A stretch of DNA of 53,367 bases. Origin: a virus. Its lineage: Duplodnaviria; Caudoviricetes. Positions 10,034 to 19,288 of this stretch are shown here, in pieces (positions within the stretch are counted from its first letter, which is position 1; every line of letters begins with the position of its first letter). Location: positions 1 to 53,367 of the IMG/VR virus record IMGVR_UViG_3300037484_000460. The stretch is one strand, 5' to 3'. A program made the position numbers and the translations under genes. The notes beneath the pieces were generated by a model. It saw nothing but the letters and a program-made list of their open reading frames with translations. It was not told the origin of the DNA and did no database searches.

Positions 10034-10062
10034 AATGTACATACGTTTGTTGAGAATTGCAA
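10034..10062 (-). promoter_or_regulatory. Leftward sigma70-type promoter
   Basis: TTGCAA-17 bp-TACATT in an AT-rich gap. Confidence 0.7.
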
Positions 10063-10135
10063 GGGGAAAGTGGCGGGCTTGACGCCCGTGCTACCCTCGC
10101 GACCCTAACCCGGCTCCCTCCGGAAAGGCCGGCAG

Positions 10136-11122
10136 ATGGAGTGCCCGACGCTCGGCGCGTGGGGGCGGACGTGGATCGAGCGCATGCGCGCCCTCGGCGC
10201 TCAGGGCATACTACGATCGCCCACCGTAGCTGCCTACGAGCGCGTGGTGCGTCTGCACCTGGGGCCGCTCCTGGAGACGCCGCTCGACGAGCTGCGCCGG
10301 CCGGCCCTCATCGCCTGGGCGAACCGCCAAATAGCGGGCGGGGCCTCGCGCAAGAGCCTCGTCCTCCGGGTAGCGGTCCTCAAGGTCTGCCTCCGGGACG
10401 CCATCTCGGAGGGCCTGATACAAACGAACCAGGCCGAACGTCTCATCTCTTCGCTGCGGCTCCCACGGACAAAGCCGACCGTGCGGTGGTTCAGCGGACC
10501 CGAGGCCGCCGCTGGGTTCCTGACCGCTGCCGAGGATGATACCGAGTGGCCCGGGCTCGCGCTCATGGCCTACACAGGTCTCCGCATCGGGGAGGCCACG
10601 GGCCTTTGCTGGGAGGACGTGGACCTCGATGGGCACCGTCTCGTGGTACGAAGGCAGGTGACGCCCAACGGGCAGATCAGCGAGCCTAAGACGGCGGCGG
10701 GGTCGCGGCTCGTGGATCTCCCCGCAGTCCTCGTCGAGGTCCTTCGCCGTCAGCGAGCACACCAGCGCGAGAGCGCGCTTCGTGAGGGTCGAGTGGGTCC
10801 GATGCCGTGGGTCCTCGGGATCGTGCCGGCGCACAACGCGGCCGGCCGGAAGCGACTGAGGAAGGCGATGTCCAAGGCGCTCCATTCGGCGGGGCTCCCG
10901 CACCTGACACCCCACGGGCTCCGTCATTCATGGCTGAGCTTCCGGGCGCTACTCGGCCAGGATGCCCGCCTTATCCAGGCGCAGGCCGGGCACTCCGACC
11001 CGGAGATGACCAAGCACTACACGCACTTAGAGCGATCCGACGCCAAGGCCGTGGACGACGTGGCAGACTCGATCCGGCCCCGGCAAGGCCGACTCTTCCG
11101 CCGGACGCAAAATAACACTTGA
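10136..11122 (+). CDS. int: Tyrosine integrase
   Basis: YTGLRIGE, PKT, HGLRHS, GHSDPEMTKHY catalytic motifs. Confidence 0.95.
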   Translation: MECPTLGAWGRTWIERMRALGAQGILRSPTVAAYERVVRLHLGPLLETPLDELRRPALIAWANRQIAGGASRKSLVLRVAVLKVCLRDAISEGLIQTNQAERLISSLRLPRTKPTVRWFSGPEAAAGFLTAAEDDTEWPGLALMAYTGLRIGEATGLCWEDVDLDGHRLVVRRQVTPNGQISEPKTAAGSRLVDLPAVLVEVLRRQRAHQRESALREGRVGPMPWVLGIVPAHNAAGRKRLRKAMSKALHSAGLPHLTPHGLRHSWLSFRALLGQDARLIQAQAGHSDPEMTKHYTHLERSDAKAVDDVADSIRPRQGRLFRRTQNNT

Positions 11123-11147
11123 CACGGCGCAAGCGGTGGAGTAGATT
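11119..11147 (+). promoter_or_regulatory. Rightward early promoter (probably a leaderless transcript)
   Basis: TTGACA-17 bp-TAGATT with the ATG 6 nt downstream. Confidence 0.8.
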
Positions 11148-11153
11148 CCGGTC

Positions 11154-11336
11154 ATGACGGTAGGCGACTTCAAGGCGGCGATCAAAGAGCGCGGGCTGAG
11201 CCAGCGCGAGGCGGCCATCGCCCTGGGCGTGACCGAGGCCACCGTCTCGAGGTGGTGCAACGGCCGGAACCGGATCCCGGACATCGTGAGCATCGCGCTC
11301 CGCGCCGTTCCCAAGGCCAAGAAGCCAGCCGCATAG
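11154..11336 (+). CDS. Cro-like HTH XRE regulator
   Basis: GLSQREAAIALGVTEATVSRWCNG. Confidence 0.9.
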   Translation: MTVGDFKAAIKERGLSQREAAIALGVTEATVSRWCNGRNRIPDIVSIALRAVPKAKKPAA

Positions 11337-11347
11337 AGGAGCGCCCC

Positions 11348-11647
11348 ATGAGCGGTGACAGAACTTCGAGTTCTACGAACCTAAGTAGCGACCCCGCCAA
11401 GGCCATCCGCGATCTCGTGTGCGAATGCGGGAAGGTCCGCGGCCACGAGACCGCGTGCTTTGGGGCCGCCTCGGTCGTAGACCACGCCGAGGCGATCGTC
11501 CGAGAGGCCAAGGCCGGGATCGCGGTGGCCATCGACGCCCTACAGGCAAGCCGTCCCCGATTCCGCATCCGGACCCGCTGCTACACCACCTACGACGCCG
11601 AGGGATACGCCCACGACGAATACGTGGACGAAATCCTTCCCGCATGA
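11348..11647 (+). CDS. Hypothetical protein
   Basis: RBS GAGGAG; part of a coupled gene string. Confidence 0.6.
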   Translation: MSGDRTSSSTNLSSDPAKAIRDLVCECGKVRGHETACFGAASVVDHAEAIVREAKAGIAVAIDALQASRPRFRIRTRCYTTYDAEGYAHDEYVDEILPA

Positions 11648-11787
11648 GCGCGATGGTACCGGAGAGCGTCCGCCTGTTGCTGGGCTTCTTCATGCTCGGG
11701 CTCGGCTTCGGTTGCGGCGCGGCGCTGTCGTTCTGGGCCATCGCTGCGGCCCACGACTGGGTCGACAACTGGAGGCAAGACCGGTGA
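11644..11787 (+). CDS. Small membrane protein
   Basis: ATGA overlap; single hydrophobic segment. Confidence 0.55.
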   Translation: MSAMVPESVRLLLGFFMLGLGFGCGAALSFWAIAAAHDWVDNWRQDR

Positions 11788-11894
11788 CCACCCTCATGTG
11801 GTTCGCGCTTCAGGCCGCCGTCACCCTCGTCGCGTGCTTCGGTGCCGCCTGCATCGTGGACTTCGCCTACCGCGTGCCGCCGAGGGGACGATGA
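11784..11894 (+). CDS. Small membrane protein
   Basis: GTGA overlap, GGAGG RBS; hydrophobic. Confidence 0.55.
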   Translation: MTTLMWFALQAAVTLVACFGAACIVDFAYRVPPRGR

Positions 11895-12154
11895 CCGCCG
11901 CGCTGGTGGTCGGCCGCTTGGTCCCTGCCCAGGTGGCGCCGGAGACCCAGGAGACACGCGCCCTCCACGGTGCCGCTGAGGCGTGGCGGGAGGATCAGGT
12001 CAAGCGTGGTGGCCGTGCCCTCGCTGCGACCCGGACGGTGGTCCCGGTGCTACGCGGGATGCTGGTGGACCCGAGGATTCCCCAGCCATGGCGGGAGAAG
12101 GTCGAGGCGTGCGTCCAGACGTTGGAGGACGCGCTCGTTGGAGGTGGCCAATGA
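11891..12154 (+). CDS. Hypothetical protein
   Basis: ATGA overlaps at both ends. Confidence 0.6.
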   Translation: MTAALVVGRLVPAQVAPETQETRALHGAAEAWREDQVKRGGRALAATRTVVPVLRGMLVDPRIPQPWREKVEACVQTLEDALVGGGQ

Positions 12155-12486
12155 GCGGCGTTAGTTCCGCGGCCCGCCTGCGTCGCGACCTCGCCGAGGA
12201 CGCCCGACGCGTGACCGCCAACCGCGCACGCTGCCCCCGGGCGGTCGCCATCGAAGCGCTGCTCATCGTGGCGCTCGACCACGAGCGCGAGGTGCCGCCC
12301 GAGGACCAGATGCCGCTACCTGCCCGCGGGTATCTGGAGTCCATCGCGCTCGACGTGTCGGACGCGATCCGCCGGGGCATCGAGGCATCGGAGCAGTACC
12401 AGGCCGAGGTGATTGCGTACCTGCACGAGCATGTGCGGGACCCGGAGGCGCTCATGCGCAAGGTCGCGGAGCGCGTGGGCCACTAG
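12151..12486 (+). CDS. Hypothetical protein
   Basis: GGAGGT RBS, ATGA overlap. Confidence 0.6.
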   Translation: MSGVSSAARLRRDLAEDARRVTANRARCPRAVAIEALLIVALDHEREVPPEDQMPLPARGYLESIALDVSDAIRRGIEASEQYQAEVIAYLHEHVRDPEALMRKVAERVGH

Positions 12487-12530
12487 AGAAACAGAAGGCC
12501 CGGGGTGAAGGCCCGGGCCAGGAGGGAACG

Positions 12531-13538
12531 ATGGGAACGACCGACGTGATGGTGCCACAGATGGCCGAGCCGACGCAAGCCCTCACCCCCCGTGACGTGG
12601 GCGGCGTCATGGGGCTCGCGCTCATGACCGAGCGGGAATTCGAGGCGCGGCTCGAGGCGCTCAAGACTGGCCAGGAGCGAGTCCGCCGGATCCAACGGGA
12701 TCTCATGGCCGAGGGCGAGGACTTCGGGAAGATCCCGGGGGCGCCCAAGCCCACATTGCTCAAGCCGGGCGCCGAGAAGCTGTGCGCGGTGTACGGACTC
12801 AAGGCGACGTTTCAGAAGATCGAGCGGTTGGGCGACGGCGTGACCTCGCCCCACCTGCGCATCGCCATGACGTGCCGGCTCCACCAAGGCAGCGAGGACG
12901 GCCCGGTGGTTGCCCAGGGCGAGGGCGCCGCGAACTCGTGGGAGACCAAGCACCGCTATCGCTCTGGGAAGCGCACGTGTCCCGCGTGCGGCAGCGAGGG
13001 GACCATCCGCAAGAGCAAGTACCCGGACAAGAAAACGGGCGACATCGGGTGGTGGTGCAAGGACGAAAACTGCAAAGCGAACTTCCGCTCGGATGACCCG
13101 GCGATCACCGAGCAGGTGGTTGGCACCGTGGACAATCCCGACCCATTCGACGTCGAGAACACCCTGGTAAAGATGGCGTTGAAGCGGGCGTTCATCGACG
13201 CCACGCTCCGAGCCACCGCGACCTCGGGCTTGTTCTCTCAGGATCTCGAGGACATGCAGGCCGAGGACCGAACCGAGCGTCGGCCCGCCACGCGGCCGGC
13301 TCCCGCCGGCCCTCCCCCGACCCCGCTCGAGCCCGGAGCCGACGACGGGATGACCGACCAGGAGCGCGCGGCCTACGGAAAACATGGTGTTGAGCCGCCC
13401 GTCGAGCGGACGAGTGGGGCCGCCTCCGGTGTGAATTGCCCCAAGTGCGGGACGCCCGGCAAGCCGCAGCGGTTCCAGAAGCCGGGCAAGACCCACTTCT
13501 GCCCGTCGTGCGCGTATGCCTGGGAGCCCAGCAAGTGA
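12531..13538 (+). CDS. Putative single-strand annealing/recombination protein with Zn ribbons
   Basis: DFGKIPG..KPTLLKPGAEKL and NTLVKMALKRA..SGLFSQDLED motifs; position in the early operon. Confidence 0.6.
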   Translation: MGTTDVMVPQMAEPTQALTPRDVGGVMGLALMTEREFEARLEALKTGQERVRRIQRDLMAEGEDFGKIPGAPKPTLLKPGAEKLCAVYGLKATFQKIERLGDGVTSPHLRIAMTCRLHQGSEDGPVVAQGEGAANSWETKHRYRSGKRTCPACGSEGTIRKSKYPDKKTGDIGWWCKDENCKANFRSDDPAITEQVVGTVDNPDPFDVENTLVKMALKRAFIDATLRATATSGLFSQDLEDMQAEDRTERRPATRPAPAGPPPTPLEPGADDGMTDQERAAYGKHGVEPPVERTSGAASGVNCPKCGTPGKPQRFQKPGKTHFCPSCAYAWEPSK

Positions 13539-14308
13539 GCGCAGCCTCTGAAATCGTAACGGCGCTCGCCCGCTATCTGCCGAAGGAACGCTGTGAGGAC
13601 GCCTGCCAGCTCTTACACCAAGACGCGTTGCCCAAACTCGAATTGATGGCCCGTGAGATCCGGTCCATAGCCGAGGCGGCCACATCGAAACCACTGGCCG
13701 ACGACGCCGACGAAGGCCGTGCGGCCGAATTGGTAACGCGCGGGACGATCGCTCTGCGTGAGTTGGATGCGTTGCGCCGGAAGCACACTGATCCGCTCAA
13801 CGAAGAGGTGAAGGCCATCAACGCGCTGTTCAAGGTCCTGACAGACCCAGCCGAGGCCCTGGTCGGCAAGGGTGGGAAGCTGGAGAAGGCGATGCTCCTC
13901 TACCGTTCCGAGAAGCGGGCCCGAATCCAGCGAGAGCAAGCCGAGGCGCAGCGGCTCCAACGCGAGGCCGCGGAGCGCGAGGCTGCCGCTCTCCGGAAGG
14001 TCGAAGAGGCGAAGACGGACAAGGCCCGCGCCAAGGCGATGGCCGAAGCCGAGGCCGCGAGCAAGGCGCAGACGGCGGTGGCCCTCGCGGCTCCGGAGGT
14101 GATGACCCAGGGCGTGCGCACCGACTCCGGGACAGTGGCCGCCCGCGAGGTGTGGCGCTTCGAGGTCGTGGACGCCGCCCAGGTCCCGCGGTCGTTCTGC
14201 ATCCCGGATGAACGCGCAATCCGCGCTGCCGTCGCGGCGGGCGTGCGGCAAATCGCCGGCGTGAACATCTTCCAGGAAGAAGCGCTGACGCGCCGGCCTG
14301 GTCGGTGA
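13535..14308 (+). CDS. Gp157/Gam-like coiled-coil protein
   Basis: Long coiled coil and C-terminal VPRSFCIPDERAIRAAVAAGVRQIAGV. Confidence 0.6.
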   Translation: MSAASEIVTALARYLPKERCEDACQLLHQDALPKLELMAREIRSIAEAATSKPLADDADEGRAAELVTRGTIALRELDALRRKHTDPLNEEVKAINALFKVLTDPAEALVGKGGKLEKAMLLYRSEKRARIQREQAEAQRLQREAAEREAAALRKVEEAKTDKARAKAMAEAEAASKAQTAVALAAPEVMTQGVRTDSGTVAAREVWRFEVVDAAQVPRSFCIPDERAIRAAVAAGVRQIAGVNIFQEEALTRRPGR

Positions 14309-14495
14309 TGAGAAAGGAGGCCGTATCGAGCAAAGCCCAAGTCAGGGAGAGAAACCCCAAGCGGCGCGGCCGGTTCAGTCGGCTCGGTCGCGCCGCCGTT
14401 TCGTCCGAGCCCGCGTCCCTCCCGTGGGCTCAGCCGATACGGGGACGGACGGCCGTCCGTGGTCACGGTGACGCATGCGTCAAGAGGGGTACGGC

Positions 14496-14798
14496 ATGCA
14501 CTACGAAGCCCACGACCTCGCACGGTTTATGGGGACCATGCAGCCGCTCGCGTCGAAGTGCACGACGCCCGCCGCGGTGCGTGCGCGCGTCCGAATGGAC
14601 CAGATGCACCCCGACGACTTCACGGCACGCGGGGGCGCGCTGTGGACATGGGAGGGTGTGATGAGGGAGCTGGCCGCAGAACGGACGCTGCAACACAAGG
14701 CCCTGCGCCTGGGGATCAAGGACGGGAACACGTCGATCCTGCTTCAGCGCCGGGCGAACCGAGAGCCAGAGCAGCTCCGGCTCGAGGCCGTGGCATGA
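14496..14798 (+). CDS. Hypothetical protein
   Basis: RBS GAGGGG; coupled to the next gene. Confidence 0.6.
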   Translation: MHYEAHDLARFMGTMQPLASKCTTPAAVRARVRMDQMHPDDFTARGGALWTWEGVMRELAAERTLQHKALRLGIKDGNTSILLQRRANREPEQLRLEAVA

Positions 14799-14998
14799 CC
14801 GGCGACGGCTACGTGACGGCCCGAGAAGCTCAGCTCACGGCGAAGCGCCGGACCCTGCTGCACCTGGCGCGGAAGAGTCAGGCCGACCCCGTGCAGTTCA
14901 AGCGGGCCAATCCTGGGGTCTGGCGGGTGTGGCTGGTGCTGTGGTTGACGGCTCTCCCTTGGGTGGCCCTGGCCGTTTGGATTTGGAGGACGCAGTGA
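14795..14998 (+). CDS. Small membrane protein
   Basis: ATGA overlap, C-terminal hydrophobic segment. Confidence 0.55.
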   Translation: MTGDGYVTAREAQLTAKRRTLLHLARKSQADPVQFKRANPGVWRVWLVLWLTALPWVALAVWIWRTQ

Positions 14999-15009
14999 CG
15001 GCTGGGCCA

Positions 15010-15810
15010 ATGAAGATCTCGACCATCAAGATCGGCGATCGTCCCCGAAAGGACATGGGCGACCTTGCCGAGTTGGTGGCGTCAATGGAGCGCGTTGGGA
15101 TGTTGCATCCGGTAGTTGTCACGAAGGAGGGCATTCTGGTGGCCGGGCAGCGACGAATTGAGGCCGCGAAGATCCTGAAATGGCCCGAGGTGCCCGTGAC
15201 GGTAATCAGCACTACCGATCTCTTGTCCGCCGAGCGTGACGAGAACACGGTGCGGAAGGACTTCACGCCTACCGAGGCCGTGGCGATCGGCCGGCTGATC
15301 GAAGAACAGGAGCGCCCGAAAGCGCGGATCGAGCGGGTCGAGAAGATCACAACGACGATGAGGAAGCGAGCGGCCGGGGAAGATCTGGGGGAATCCCCTA
15401 GATATTACCGCTCAGTAACCGATCGCGTGGCCGCTGCCGTAGGAATGGAGCGCCAGCAGTACGACCGCGCGAAGAAAGTGGTCTCCGCCGCAGAGGCAGA
15501 GCCAGAGAAGTTCGGCGACCTGCCGGCCCGCATGGACGAGACCAAGAACGTGAGCGGCACGTATCGCGAATTGCAGGAACGAAAGACAGGCACCGGTCGT
15601 CATGCTGTCCACTACAAAAAGCGGTATCCGAAGACGAACGACATGATCCGCCGCGCCATCAACTCACTCGACGGCATCTGTGCGGCTCTGACCGAAGTCA
15701 AGGCGGAAGAGGCGGACGCCAGTGAGGCGCCGGCCTGGGCCAAGTCTCTGGAGGAATCGGCTTCCGCGATTCGCCAGTTTTCGAGGAGATTGAAGAATGT
15801 CAAAGGCTAG
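15010..15810 (+). CDS. ParB N-terminal domain protein
   Basis: GMLHPVVV..LVAGQRRIEA..ERDENTVRKDFTPTE. Confidence 0.85.
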   Translation: MKISTIKIGDRPRKDMGDLAELVASMERVGMLHPVVVTKEGILVAGQRRIEAAKILKWPEVPVTVISTTDLLSAERDENTVRKDFTPTEAVAIGRLIEEQERPKARIERVEKITTTMRKRAAGEDLGESPRYYRSVTDRVAAAVGMERQQYDRAKKVVSAAEAEPEKFGDLPARMDETKNVSGTYRELQERKTGTGRHAVHYKKRYPKTNDMIRRAINSLDGICAALTEVKAEEADASEAPAWAKSLEESASAIRQFSRRLKNVKG

Positions 15811-16633
15811 CGTCGCGCGCATCACGACGTCGGTTCCCCACGCGTCGGCCGTGCAGTGGCTCGCAATCGAAGATCTGCGGATTGACCCGGAAGCACAGCG
15901 CGACCTCCGAGTGTCCTGGGTGAAACAGCACGTTCAGAAGTTCGACGCAGATCAGCTCGGCTACATCGTCGTCAACATCAGGAGGGACGGGCACCACTAC
16001 GTGATCGACGGCCAGCACCGGGTGGAGCTTCTGCGTGCTGTCGGCTGGGGCGATCAGAAGGTTTCGTGCGAGGTTTTCACTGGGCTTTCCCAGAAGGAAG
16101 AAGCGGCACTCTTCCTCTCGCGGAACGACCGCCTCGCTGTGCGGACCTTCGACAAGTTCCGCGTTCGGATCACGGCCGGCGAACCGGTGGCCACCGACAT
16201 CAACCGCATCGTGCTCGCGGCGAGTCTGTCTCTCGCCCAGGCGACGACCGGATCGGGCCACGTCTCGGCAGTGACGGCCCTCGAACGCATCTATCGTGGC
16301 GGCGGAATCGCGGGGGCTAAGGATGGCGCGTCCGTCCTGGCTCGCACGCTACGGACGATCGAGCAGGCTTGGGGCCGCGAGTCCACCAACTTCGAGGGGC
16401 AGGTGATCGAGGGCGTGGGGCTCACGCTGACGCGCTACGGCACAAAGCTGGAGCAGGCGGGCCTCGTGTCGAAGCTCTCGAAGATCGGCGGGGGAGCGGC
16501 CGGGCTGATCGGGAAGGCGCGCGGCATGCGCGACATGCGAGGCGGAACCGTCGCCTACTGCATCGCCGGGCTCATCGTCGAGCGTTACAACCGCGGCCGA
16601 CGCGGAGGGAAGCTCGACGGCTGGTGGTCGTAA
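15797..16633 (+). CDS. ParB-like (DUF6551-type) protein
   Basis: LRIDPEAQR..YVIDGQHR..EEAALF. Confidence 0.75.
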   Translation: MSKASVARITTSVPHASAVQWLAIEDLRIDPEAQRDLRVSWVKQHVQKFDADQLGYIVVNIRRDGHHYVIDGQHRVELLRAVGWGDQKVSCEVFTGLSQKEEAALFLSRNDRLAVRTFDKFRVRITAGEPVATDINRIVLAASLSLAQATTGSGHVSAVTALERIYRGGGIAGAKDGASVLARTLRTIEQAWGRESTNFEGQVIEGVGLTLTRYGTKLEQAGLVSKLSKIGGGAAGLIGKARGMRDMRGGTVAYCIAGLIVERYNRGRRGGKLDGWWS

Positions 16634-16635
16634 GC

Positions 16636-16818
16636 GTGATCGGCCTAGGCCGGTGTCTCGACTGCGGACCTGTCCCGCTGACCCGTGCCGGGGCGTGCTC
16701 TCTCTGCGGCGGGGACTCGATCTTGCCCCGCCGGCGGTTCGAGCGGCCGGATCCGCAACCGGAGTTGACCCTACTCGCGCTCAACGTCGAGACCACGCCG
16801 GATGAGCTGGTCGTATGA
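16636..16818 (+). CDS. Small Zn-finger protein
   Basis: CLDC..CSLCG. Confidence 0.55.
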   Translation: MIGLGRCLDCGPVPLTRAGACSLCGGDSILPRRRFERPDPQPELTLLALNVETTPDELVV

Positions 16819-17183
16819 GCCTCGGGTTCTACGCTGGTCGGCACTCGAAGTTCAATGCCCGGCCGACGCGCTGCCGCGAGGAGAAGACCCACCACAGCGG
16901 CATGGAGGCGTCCCGCTGCAACGAGCTACACCTGTTGCAGGCCGGTGGGCTCATCCGAGACCTCGAGGCCCATCCCCAGCCGCGGTTCGACCTCAAGGTG
17001 AACGACACGCACGTCTGTCACTACCTGGCTGACTTCGCCTACGTGGATTGCGAGACCGAGCAGCGAGTGGTCGAGGACGTGAAGGGCTACGCCACTGCCG
17101 AGTACACGCTGAAGAAGCGGTTGATGCTGGCTTGCCTCGGCATCGAAGTGCAAGAAATTCGCAAGGTGAGGGGGCGACGGTGA
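16815..17183 (+). CDS. DUF1064-type PD-(D/E)XK nuclease (possible resolvase)
   Basis: SKFNA..YLADFAY..VVEDVKG..YTLKKRLM. Confidence 0.85.
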   Translation: MSLGFYAGRHSKFNARPTRCREEKTHHSGMEASRCNELHLLQAGGLIRDLEAHPQPRFDLKVNDTHVCHYLADFAYVDCETEQRVVEDVKGYATAEYTLKKRLMLACLGIEVQEIRKVRGRR

Positions 17184-17374
17184 AGAAGAAGGCCAAGCCC
17201 AAGAAGACGCATAGCTGGATTCAAACGTGTTGCCACGGCATATGTGGCTTCGGGCATTGCTCTTGTGGGGTTGGACAAAGTCCCGGGCACCCACGCGCGT
17301 CAATCTGGCTCATTGCTGACTGGCGACGCCATGCCAAGGCTGCGGAGAAGCGCGGCGAGAAGGTGATCCGGTGA
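17180..17374 (+). CDS. Small Cys/His protein, paralog of 18864-19076
   Basis: GTGA overlaps; shared termini with the paralog. Confidence 0.7.
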   Translation: MKKKAKPKKTHSWIQTCCHGICGFGHCSCGVGQSPGHPRASIWLIADWRRHAKAAEKRGEKVIR

Positions 17375-17547
17375 AGGGCAAGAAGCCGACGACGTGGTGG
17401 TGCGGTCGCTGTAACAGGCCGCTCCGTGGGCAGGCGTGTCCAGACTGCCGGATCTCTCGTCGCGACTCTGACGAGCTGGTTGCGGAGAGGGTCGCGGCAA
17501 TCCGGCGCGAGGTGGACGCCGAGAAGCTGGCCAAGGGGGCGGAATGA
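17371..17547 (+). CDS. Small Zn-finger protein
   Basis: WWCGRC..ACPDC; overlaps at both ends. Confidence 0.6.
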   Translation: MKGKKPTTWWCGRCNRPLRGQACPDCRISRRDSDELVAERVAAIRREVDAEKLAKGAE

Positions 17548-18218
17548 CCACGGCTGCGCTCTACGCAATGCCGCGAAGTCCTTACCACGGCTTCCCCGTG
17601 GCCGCCCTCTACGTTATGGTCGCGGGGCCCTACTATGGCCTGCCCGGGGTTGAGCCCTGGGGCCTGCCCGACCTCGACGCACGCGACTACAGCGGGCCCT
17701 GGCCGGTCGTGGCACATCCGCCGTGTGAGCGCTGGGGACGGTACTGGTCTGGCGGTCCGTCGGCGCGGGTACGGCGGAAGAAGGGCGACGACGCCGGGTG
17801 CTTCTCGGCAGCGCTCGCGGCTGTGCGCCGGTTCGGCGGCGTCCTTGAGCACCCGGAGGCGTCCTGGGCCTGGCGGTTCTTCGGAATCGTGACGCCGCCA
17901 CGGTCGGGTGGCTGGGTCGCCGCGGGGGACGGAATCGGTTGGACCTGCTGCGTCGAACAAGGCCACTACGGCCACCGCGCCCGAAAGGCAACGTGGCTCT
18001 ATGCCGCGCACTGCGTCCTGCCATCGCTCCGCTGGGGCACGTCCGGCACTCGCACGCGGCTTGACGATGGCTACCACAGCGCGGAGGAGCGGCGCCGGGA
18101 GCAGCGTACCGGCGTCTGTCAGCGGCTCTCGAATCGTCAGCGTGCCGAGACGCCGGCCGCCTTCCGCGACTTACTGCTTTCCATAGCACGAACGGCCAAG
18201 GCAAAGGGGGCAGCATGA
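17544..18218 (+). CDS. C5 cytosine methyltransferase-like protein (motif I not evident)
   Basis: AHPPC catalytic motif, VLEHP, QGHYGHRARKATWLY. Confidence 0.65.
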   Translation: MTTAALYAMPRSPYHGFPVAALYVMVAGPYYGLPGVEPWGLPDLDARDYSGPWPVVAHPPCERWGRYWSGGPSARVRRKKGDDAGCFSAALAAVRRFGGVLEHPEASWAWRFFGIVTPPRSGGWVAAGDGIGWTCCVEQGHYGHRARKATWLYAAHCVLPSLRWGTSGTRTRLDDGYHSAEERRREQRTGVCQRLSNRQRAETPAAFRDLLLSIARTAKAKGAA

Positions 18219-18496
18219 TGGTGTGGGACGTGCCCGTCGCGGCCCAGGAGCCCGCAGGAACGGTTCCGGGGACGCCGGCAAGGGGCGAGCCGTGCGCCTG
18301 CGGCTGTGGGCTCTCCGTGTCACGCAAGGCCGGGGCTCGCTATCACTCCGACAAGCACAAGCGCGCTGCGGCGACCCGGCGCGCCCACGAGACCGGGAAG
18401 ACCACCCGGCTCAGGAATGACGCGGACGAGGACAGGGACTGGGGCACCTACGAGGCCAAGGTCAAGGCTCTTCTCCGCGCCTGGGGGAGGAAGTAG
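18215..18496 (+). CDS. Hypothetical protein (CACGC motif)
   Basis: ATGA overlap. Confidence 0.55.
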   Translation: MMVWDVPVAAQEPAGTVPGTPARGEPCACGCGLSVSRKAGARYHSDKHKRAAATRRAHETGKTTRLRNDADEDRDWGTYEAKVKALLRAWGRK

Positions 18497-18679
18497 ATGG
18501 CGAGAGTGGAGATGCGGTACTGCGCTTGGTGCAGAGCCGAAATAGGCGAATCCGACTTCAGCGAGCCGGACCACTGCGGGGAGCGCGAATGTGCTCGCGA
18601 GGTGGTGAACCTGTACCTCCAAGAACGCGAAGAGGCCCAATACGCCGCCGAGCGGGATGACTACGAGCGGTACCGATGA
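18497..18679 (+). CDS. Small Zn-binding protein
   Basis: CAWC..CGEREC; RBS GGAGG. Confidence 0.6.
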   Translation: MARVEMRYCAWCRAEIGESDFSEPDHCGERECAREVVNLYLQEREEAQYAAERDDYERYR

Positions 18680-18867
18680 CCCCGCTCAAGACGGCATTCG
18701 GCAAACGCCACGGCTGGGAGATTCAGCACCTCCGGATTGGCTCTAGACGCTATACCTCCCAACGCCTGACCGGCGAGGACTGGTGTCGGGAAGCGAACTG
18801 CTATGAGCTGGCGCTATGGAATCGGCTGAAGAAGCTCGACCCCGAGCAGTTCAAGGTGACGCGATGA
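18676..18867 (+). CDS. Hypothetical protein
   Basis: ATGA overlaps. Confidence 0.55.
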   Translation: MTPLKTAFGKRHGWEIQHLRIGSRRYTSQRLTGEDWCREANCYELALWNRLKKLDPEQFKVTR

Positions 18868-19076
18868 AGCAGAAGAAGGCGAAGAAGCCGGCGCATTCGT
18901 GGCGTCAGTGTCATTGCTCGTCGTGCCGAGAAGGCGTCGATCTCACGCCGGTGCTTGGACGCTGCACCTGCGGCTGGCCGGATTGCGCTCCAAAGTGGTG
19001 GGTGGTGGCGTCAAGGCAGGGATGGTCACTGCATGCACGCGCAGCCGAGAAGCGCGGGGAGAAGGTAACGCGATGA
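18864..19076 (+). CDS. Small Cys/His protein, paralog of 17180-17374
   Basis: ATGA overlaps; shared termini with the paralog. Confidence 0.7.
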   Translation: MKQKKAKKPAHSWRQCHCSSCREGVDLTPVLGRCTCGWPDCAPKWWVVASRQGWSLHARAAEKRGEKVTR

Positions 19077-19288
19077 CCCCGCCCACCTCTGTTTCCGCCG
19101 GGAAGAAGAGGCGCCCGATTCCTGGGTATGTCGGATGGTGCATCGTGTGGAGCAGGTCTGGGAGGCCGCTGATTGCCGAGTGTGGCCATTACCAAGTCTT
19201 CTGCACAAGGCAAGACGCGCGCTGGAGTCTTGAGGGCTTCAGCGCGCGCTCTGAGTTGCGTGTTGAGAAATGGGCTCCCCGTGGCTAA
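19073..19288 (+). CDS. Hypothetical protein
   Basis: ATGA overlap. Confidence 0.5.
   Translation: MTPPTSVSAGKKRRPIPGYVGWCIVWSRSGRPLIAECGHYQVFCTRQDARWSLEGFSARSELRVEKWAPRG

Noticed and set aside
17180-19076. Diversity-generating retroelement template/variable repeat pair
   Set aside because: No reverse transcriptase in the genome; differences include indels and are not adenine-specific
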